Below are positions 56,915 through 64,000 of a stretch of 64,000 nucleotides of DNA, one piece after another; position 1 is the first letter of the stretch, and every line of letters begins with the position of its first letter. Made by a program: the position numbers and the translations under genes. Source of the stretch: Macrostomum lignano (lineage: Eukaryota); assembly GCA_002269645.1 (NCBI GenBank), contig NIVC01003898.1, positions 6,869 to 70,868 on the forward strand, read 5' to 3'. Below the pieces are notes generated by a model. That model was given only the letters and a program-made list of their open reading frames with translations, had not been told where the DNA came from and made no database searches.

Positions 56915-58900
56915 TGATGAGGACGCACTTTTTCCCAAATCCCGCGCTAGCACATGGGCTCTAAACTTACTTGCCTACTGACAGTGGACAAGGGGCATTT
57001 TTATCCTTTTTCTGCAAATTGTCATAGAATCTATACTAGATATAATGTCTGGCCATACTAGTAGTCATAATAACATAGGCGTAGCTTTTTGGGTCGTAAA
57101 TCATCGCTTCCGAAGTTGGTCTCACAGCCACCTGCGCCTCACTCAGTGTTGAGACGGGCGCCAGATGGTCTGAGAGGATGCGGGCGGTAGCTTTTTTCTC
57201 ATCATTTTGACAGGCCATCAAGATTTATGAGGTCAGAGCCTATTGTTCGGATTCACTCAAGCGTGTGACAGCTTTGACAGCTATGCGTTTTACCCCTGAA
57301 AGTACTTTGGGATTAGCGATTAGCGATTTCTCTTCATTATCTTCACTTTCTATTTAATAAGAGCTTTCTAATGTATATTTTTTCATTAATTTCTGTCAAT
57401 CCTACGCGAAAAGTCATAAATCATTTTGTTGCGATTTTGAGTGATTTATGGCCGCACCTGTCATCTTTTTACGACCCTGTGGGAACTGATAGGATCTCTC
57501 GGTCACGTGATTCTGGGTAGCAACAAGCTTAGCCAATCAGAAAATTCGGCGCTCATTTTAACAAAACGGCTCAGCCAATCAGAATCGACGTGTTCCGTTA
57601 TAACAAACTGCGGTCCAGTTGGCGGCTATTTAAACCGGAGTTTTTGGCCCGCTCGGACCAACTCTTGCTCGGGTCCAGCACGCAACTTCTGGTTCCCGGA
57701 GCGCGACCGTCGTTTCTTGATCCCCGGATTGCGACTTCCCCCATCATCATCAAGGACGAGTCCCCCGGTCGTCAGCAGCGAACATCAAACGAAGATCACC
57801 ACCTGCTAGCTATCAGCGAAGATTGTATCAGCATCATCCCGAGTCTACAGCTACAGAGCATCAAGCCGATTCGGTCACTGTGGATTACCTGGTCTCCGGC
57901 TGTTGAGTTTCTGATTTGTTGGGTGAGAGGCTACCTAGACTTGCTTGATTGGGTGATTCCCTGTCTGTCCCCTGTTTCAGTAGCTGGATTAGGCGCACAC
58001 TTTTGCTCATTTTGTTCAGTGGTGCTGGTACTGAGGCAGAAATCACTTAATAATACTGCTAGTAGTCTGAAACTCCAATTCAATCTGAGGTGTGAAGTGA
58101 TTTAAGGAGAAGGCTAAATCTGACAGTTATTTTTATCGGTTTTATTTCTTTGTTCGCCGATGGCTCAGATGAGTAGCTAAGCTAGTAGGCGCCGGTCACA
58201 GTGGGCCAATGGCAAGGCAGTTCTCAGTCGATCAATCAATCAAATCAGTGAGCAAAACTGCCAGAAGTGCAGAATCGGCGCCAGAGATGTACTTTGTGCA
58301 CTCTAGGTTCGCCAAGCGGCTCGGGTAATGAATCATGCGGTCTCTGAAGTTCGAGTTAGTCTATCATCAGCGCTATGAGAGGCTAGTTGGCGCGTTGAAG
58401 GCCAAAAGTACATATCTTCGTATTTAGCAATGTAATAGTACATGTAGCTACCCCATAGACTCGCCACTGCAAGAATCCCCTGCACAAGTCCCCTCTGTAC
58501 CTGCATGGCCAATGCGATCTAGTCCCAGCAGTGTCCCTTATCATCGGCTATGACTTCGAGATTGACAGCAAAAAGACACTAGTTGGCAGGTAAGTGCAAA
58601 GCCCCTTCTAGTCGGAAGCCCGATTTCGAGAGTCCCGGTGTGGTGAGCCAGGACGCACGGGCTGGTGGCAGCGAGTTAGCTTAGTCTGCGGTTTAGCTAA
58701 TTTCTACCTTCAAAATTCTCCCTGCTTGTCTCTCGCTGTCCCTCTCTTAGCTATAGGACCTAGACTGCTCGCCACACGATCAAGCTACCATGGGGCTGAC
58801 CATCTGACAGGAGTGGGGGGCCAGGACTCTAATTGATTTATTTCTGAGGCCTGAGGCCCGAAGGCTTCCTAACAAGGAGCCCGAAGGTCGAAACCCATCA
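56915..58900 (+). mobile_element. Solo LTR, family 1, copy B (1986 bp)
   Basis: TGATG...CATCA termini with its own 4-bp TSD AGTC (56911-56914 and 58901-58904). Collinear with 165-2189. Confidence 0.85.
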
Positions 58901-60472
58901 AGTCTAAATAAAGTGTCAGGGCCTATTTGAAACCTCTGTCGCCTGTCTCTGCCACTTAGCTGATGAAATTTACAACTACAAATTCAATTCCACAAAAGCT
59001 CCTGACGAGTATTTGACGTCAAGACAACTCATTTTAACGGGCCGGGTCATTTCGTCAAGACAGTTTTCAAAAAAGGTCAGGTCAGACCTCACGTCACGTA
59101 AAAGACATTGTTTGCTCAGGTTCTGTTTTTTTAATGATTTCTTCTCAGCTACTTGAGCTCCTTTTGCTGGATATAATAGTTGGACTTGAGGTGAGATGTC
59201 CGGAGTACACTGACAACTGACAAACACCAAATACTCGTAAAATGCCAATAGCTATTTCGTCAAGTAGAAAATTTTGACGAACTGTCCATTAGAGAATTGT
59301 TTGTCAGAGTTGGTTTAAAAATATCACTAGTAGACAACGAACTTTAAACAATTTGGCTAAAATCTTTTGGCTCAATCTTTTTTTGTCATCAATTAAAGAG
59401 CTACTGTCAGTTTTGATATCAATACGGGTTTGACTTGCCTTGCCATTTAAAACAAACGAAAAACCCAGATTGTGGGTTGAAGTTTCAAGCTTTAAAAAAT
59501 TTCGGCGAGATGAACTATCAAAGCTGACGCATCGTTTTGCAAGCATTGTTGTTTTCAAACTTTTTTTCGAGTATATCTTTTTTAAATTATATTTTGCTAA
59601 AATGCATTTCATACTACTTACGACTGATGAATATTAGTACAAAAATTGATTTCTTGTCAACGTAAAAAATGTGGATAAGGACAAAATTATCAGTAGTAGA
59701 CAAACGATTTAGGAGAAAATCTATTCTGAATGGTATGGCCCTCTTAAAGAATTTCGGGTGGCAGTCAAGTGGAGGAAGTGGATGACTGCAGTCTTAGAAA
59801 AGGCGTTTAGCATCACCGGTTTTTGAAAGAATCTTTGAGGCCGCGGCGACACCACCGGATATTTAGTGAATGTCATCATTGTTCAGTCGTAGCACCCTCT
59901 TTTTATAAAAAAACAGCTTTTGTGAGTTTTTGAATCATTTGAAATAGCGTTTTACCTTGCATGTATCGATATCCTGTAGCAGAGCTTATTAAACTATTAA
60001 AAGTGTTTTAAGATTCACAGAGCAGTTTACGCGAGTATAAAACTGGTTTGTATGTATTTTTGAGATTATTAAGAAAAACAAATAGGCTATCGACTTGATC
60101 AGTTTGCGATTTGAGCATTTTTGACTGCGACCTAAGCCTTAAATCAGTCAGTATTGAACGAGATTAATTTGGGTAAGGGCATATTAAATAAAGTACGATA
60201 TAACAAATGTAGATAAAACGCTGGAAATGTTGAATTAAAGCAGAAATATTTCAACTCAGCTAAATAGGCACAGTAGATACAAACAATATCAACTCGCATC
60301 GCAACAAGTGTGCATATTTGCCTGGAAGAACAAAAAAGTGTTAAAAGCCAGAATAACGAAACTCGGTGAATTTAAAACAAATTTAATTTCAACAGAATTT
60401 TAAAACTGAAAAAAACCGAAGACATTGTCTTGAAAAGCGAAGTGCTGGTGCATGACTAGACAAGATTTCAAC

Positions 60473-62492
60473 TCAGCGGAATCGTCCTGCACCTGCAGTG
60501 AGCAGGAAGAGCGGATCAGGTGACGATTCGACACCAGCAGGAAGTGGGGCGGCAGGTTGCGTCAGCTGCTGCTGCGGTGGCTGCTCCAGCGTCAAAGGTC
60601 CCGGAGCTGCCGTCTGCTGACACCAGCTAGAGACAGTGGTGCCGCTGGTATTGGCGTTCTCAGGCCCGCTAGTGCTGTTATTGTTGCTGTCACCGCATGG
60701 TGACAAGCTGAGTTTGTTCCTGGCACAGATGGAGGCCGCTGGATAGCCGTAGATCCTGGCGTGCAACTGCTGCAGCCAGCGCTCCACTTGTTCGTCGTTG
60801 GCGAAGATGCTGCAGAACCGACCGTCGAACAGTTCCACAGGGATGCAGTGCATCAGGGCTTCCCGGCCGAGGTCGTGATCGCAGATTCGGATAAATGTGG
60901 TAATGACGTATCTGATGAGGATTAAAATACGATGATGGGTCTGCTGGGAATCTACGTTGAGACTGAAGGTAAAATCAACACACCCTCTGATGATACTGGA
61001 GGTTGTAACATCAGTGCATGACTAGCAGTCAGCGCCCCCCCCCCCGTTGGGGAGCCAAAAAATGCAGTAAAAGTTTTTAATAAACTACATGTAGCGTCTC
61101 ATTGCAGCAGCCTCAGCAATCCCTTGTAAGCCTTGACATCTCAGCAATTCTCCCCCATAATCCTTAAAATATCAACTTTCCCCCCTCAACATCTCAGCGA
61201 TGACCCCAATAAGTCTTGAAATCTTAAAAAATCTCCTGTCAACCTTCTAACCTTAACCCTAACCCTAAAGCATTGAAATTTCAGTAATTCTCCCCAAGAG
61301 AATAGCATTAGCATTACATCATTATAGCGATTCCCTCCAAGCCGTCGACATCGTAGTGACTCCAAAATGAATCTCTTAACTTCAACATGACGCTTCTTTG
61401 ATCAGCGACCCCCGTGAGGAGCCAACAAATAATTTGATAAAAAGTTTTGAATAAACTACATTTAGCTTCTGACTTTAGCCTTGACATCTCAGTTATTCCC
61501 CCGTGAGCATTGAGCATTGAGACAGCAACTATTCCCCCGTAAGCTTTGATTTAAAATTCAAAGCCATCCTAAAACCGATAAGAAAGAATTCAATCTCTAA
61601 TGGATTGACTTACTTGAAAACTCGTTTAGACTGGTCGCTAAAATCTGACAGAAACTTTCTCTCTAGCCGGATTACCAATCGTCCCATCGCCCACAGCAGC
61701 TCTCTGAAGCGGTCGTAACTGTGGCACAGGTAGTTCAACACATCGTCACAGCCTAGAAAGCTCATGAGGATCTTTAGCGCCATCGACCGGCCAACCTCGG
61801 AGATGCACTCGCCCAGACAGAAGGTGACTAGACGGAGGAGGTCGCCTCTGGTTGGCTGTAGGTGCTGCAACAACTGCTGCGGCTCCTGACGCTGGCAGAC
61901 GGTCAGAATTAGCGACAAGGTGCAGATTCTCAGGTGCTCAGTGTCGCGAGTTTTCCCTACAACGCCCAGGAAAGGGAAGAAGAGGCGCAGAGTGCCGGAC
62001 TCCAGGAACGGCTGTCGGTGCGCCTGTCAATGACCAGACGCTGCTGCAGTGCCGCCACAGAGCAGAGCAGATGCACACCTTGGCTGTCCAGGTGCGGCGG
62101 ATGAATGTCCGGATACAGCCGAACAGTCTCCATCACCAGCATAGCCAGCACACCTGGAGTGCACCACAGCAGACAGGCCAAATCCGGTATGATGTCGGAC
62201 TTCTTGCAAAGTTCAATAATAGCTGAATATCGCCTAGTATTGTCGGCTAGATCGGCCAGGGACATTGCCCAGTCCAACTGCTGCTGCTGCTGTTCTTGCA
62301 GCTGCTGATAGGCAAATTCTGAGCCGTCGAAAGTTTCCCCGACTGGACTGTCTGTCGCCCGTTGTACAGAATGTCCTGCTGCATCAGGGGCACGGAAGCT
62401 GAGTTGGTAAAGTCGCAATAACCCCTGCTCCATTCGATATCATACGATGCCTGGTGTGAGTGCTGCATCGGGTGGTCGGAAAGGTCAGCCAT
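60473..62492 (-). CDS. CNOT9: Divergent CNOT9/Rcd1 (CCR4-NOT subunit 9)-like protein. Exons about 62492 or 62433 to 61614 (frameshift near 62017) and 60911-60473.
   Basis: AIIELCKK..IPDLACLLW..PGVLAMLVME.V.LYP.I.PP.L, then after a 1-nt shift RQPFL..FFPFL...KTR..EHLR, YLCHSYDRF and RVFK|YVITTFIRICD...REALMHCIP...RWLQQL. This is collinear with CNOT9. GTAAGT donor at 61613 and AG acceptor at 60912 are in phase 2. The start codon is uncertain and it could be a pseudogene. Confidence 0.8.
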
Positions 62493-63245
62493 GTCTCGCT
62501 TTCTGTCTCTCCGTTGGCAGTCTGTCTAGATTTGATGCGCCAGGCTCTACTTATAAATCATCGGAGACCAGATGACTCATACACCTATTCAATAACTTCA
62601 CTGTACGAGCTACTCTTCCAGACTTGAATGTTGAGAGAAAAGGCAAAGTCAGTGAGCGTACACTGAAATGTACACAATCGGCTCATCGATATTTCTTGTC
62701 ATTGGCTATCACTTTGTACAGTTGCCTTTTCGCTACACCTGTGAGTTCTGTTGTATCCGATATAATCGTGTGCAAATAACAGAAACGGAGATTATATTCA
62801 TGTGTGTAAGTAGTCGCGTTGAAATTAAAATACCCTCTTTGCATAACCAATTAGTCAGTGAGTCAAAATAAAAATCTTCATCATACGAACTAATTTTATC
62901 AGCATGAAATACAGTACATATCCAAGTCAAAACAGAGTGGCCAACAACTTTGTTTTACATACATACTTTTTAGAAATAACTTAGCGCTTTATCCTTTGCT
63001 TGTAGGCCTGCTATAATTTCTAGTGTTGAAACTATAAATAAATAGATATATTTAGACTGTCAGCATCTGAGTCTGTCTAGAAATCACACCGTTAATCACC
63101 TAAATGTAGGAGTAAATGGATTCATAAAGAAAACATGCAAACGAATAGTTTATCTTTAAACTTGTCAGTGTCGTTACAAAAATCTGATTGCAGTTTCTTT
63201 CTGATACAATTTAAAGAACTGATGGAAAAGTTTTATCCAATCTTT

Positions 63246-63797
63246 TTATGGAGATTGGTGGCAGACCGTTGAAGCCTCGTCGAATGTCCCCAACGCTGGG
63301 TATGGTGACAGGAGCCAGCTTATTGAAGTCGCAAAGTCTGGCTCGAGTTGCGCAGCGGATATTGCTGTACAGCAATGACTGCTGCTGCTGCTGTTGTTGT
63401 TGTTGCTGCTGCTGTGGTAGCGTCTCTGCGTTAGTGTACTCGCCTCGGGGGCGGTGGCGAACGAGTTGTACCTCGTTAGGTTTCTGAAGCTGAGCTGTTG
63501 CTTGCCTTTAAGTTCGGAGTCTACTACAGCTCGTCCAACCGTAAGCTTTGGCAAAGAGACGGTCGCCGGCTGAGGCGGGTTACCGTTCCTCAGAGTCGGC
63601 AGCTGGCTTCGCTGTCTGTGCTTGTGCTGGTCGGTTCGATTGCTACTGCCATCTGCTTGAAGATATGTCAGCCGGTGAGCTTGAGTCGTCTCACCAGAGC
63701 AGCAAGGCTTCCGCTGCGGCTGTTGCCGCTGAGTAGTTAGAGTACCACTTGGGAAAGCGAAAGGCTCCGTCAGTTTGTTGAGGCAGAGCCAGGATGT
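63246..63797 (-). other. Coding-like open frame of low complexity, without an in-frame ATG
   Basis: GC-rich frame open from about 63797 to TAA at 63246 with poly-S/N runs. An ATG near 63801 is in a neighbouring frame. No homology recognised. Confidence 0.3.
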
Positions 63798-64000
63798 TCA
63801 TTTTTTGATCCTTATCGACTGTGAGTTTTGTCTCCTGAGAAAAGCAGAGTTCTCATTCAAACTGGCTGTCTGCTCTCTTCTTATCTAGTTTGAACTGTCT
63901 GCTTTTGGTCGACTGTCTATCAAAAAGCAAGCTTTAACCTGCACTAACCTCCTACCCCTAATCGCCTATGCGTCTCTGGTTGCCGATAGATACAATTACC

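Noticed and set aside
56911-58900. Hammerhead-like words at the LTR ends (CTGATGAG at the 5' junction, GTCGAAAC at the 3' end)
   Set aside because: The C belongs to the TSD, copy A lacks both the C and the GAAA, the halves are 2 kb apart and stem II does not pair.
61245-61270. Telomere-like TAACCC units in the CNOT9-like intron
   Set aside because: Only 3-4 degenerate units, which is insufficient for an interstitial telomere call.

Overview
Eukaryotic (metazoan) genomic DNA: GC-rich exons with poly-Ala/Gln runs, AT-rich introns and a very high load of micro- and minisatellites. The style suggests a flatworm such as Macrostomum, which is inference only. Five recognisable genes were reconstructed by hand, all on the minus strand. 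(1) Endophilin-B-like N-BAR gene, 3983-9781, with a GC-AG intron and no SH3 exon visible. (2) Kindlin/fermitin, 17675-20303. (3) An unusual ankyrin-repeat, TRPM-like channel, 24771-28191, with one frameshift. (4) A 5-exon SIFamide/NPFF-type neuropeptide GPCR, 34849-53070. (5) A divergent CNOT9/Rcd1 paralog, 60473-~62490, with at least one frameshift. There is also an intronless orphan ORF (32065-32661, +). Mobile DNA comprises three TG...CA solo LTRs each with its own 4-bp target-site duplication, two tRNA-derived SINE families and a fold-back element. About 20 tandem arrays are present, and most long ORFs in the supplied track are artefacts of these. No rRNA, true tRNA or CRISPR array was seen.
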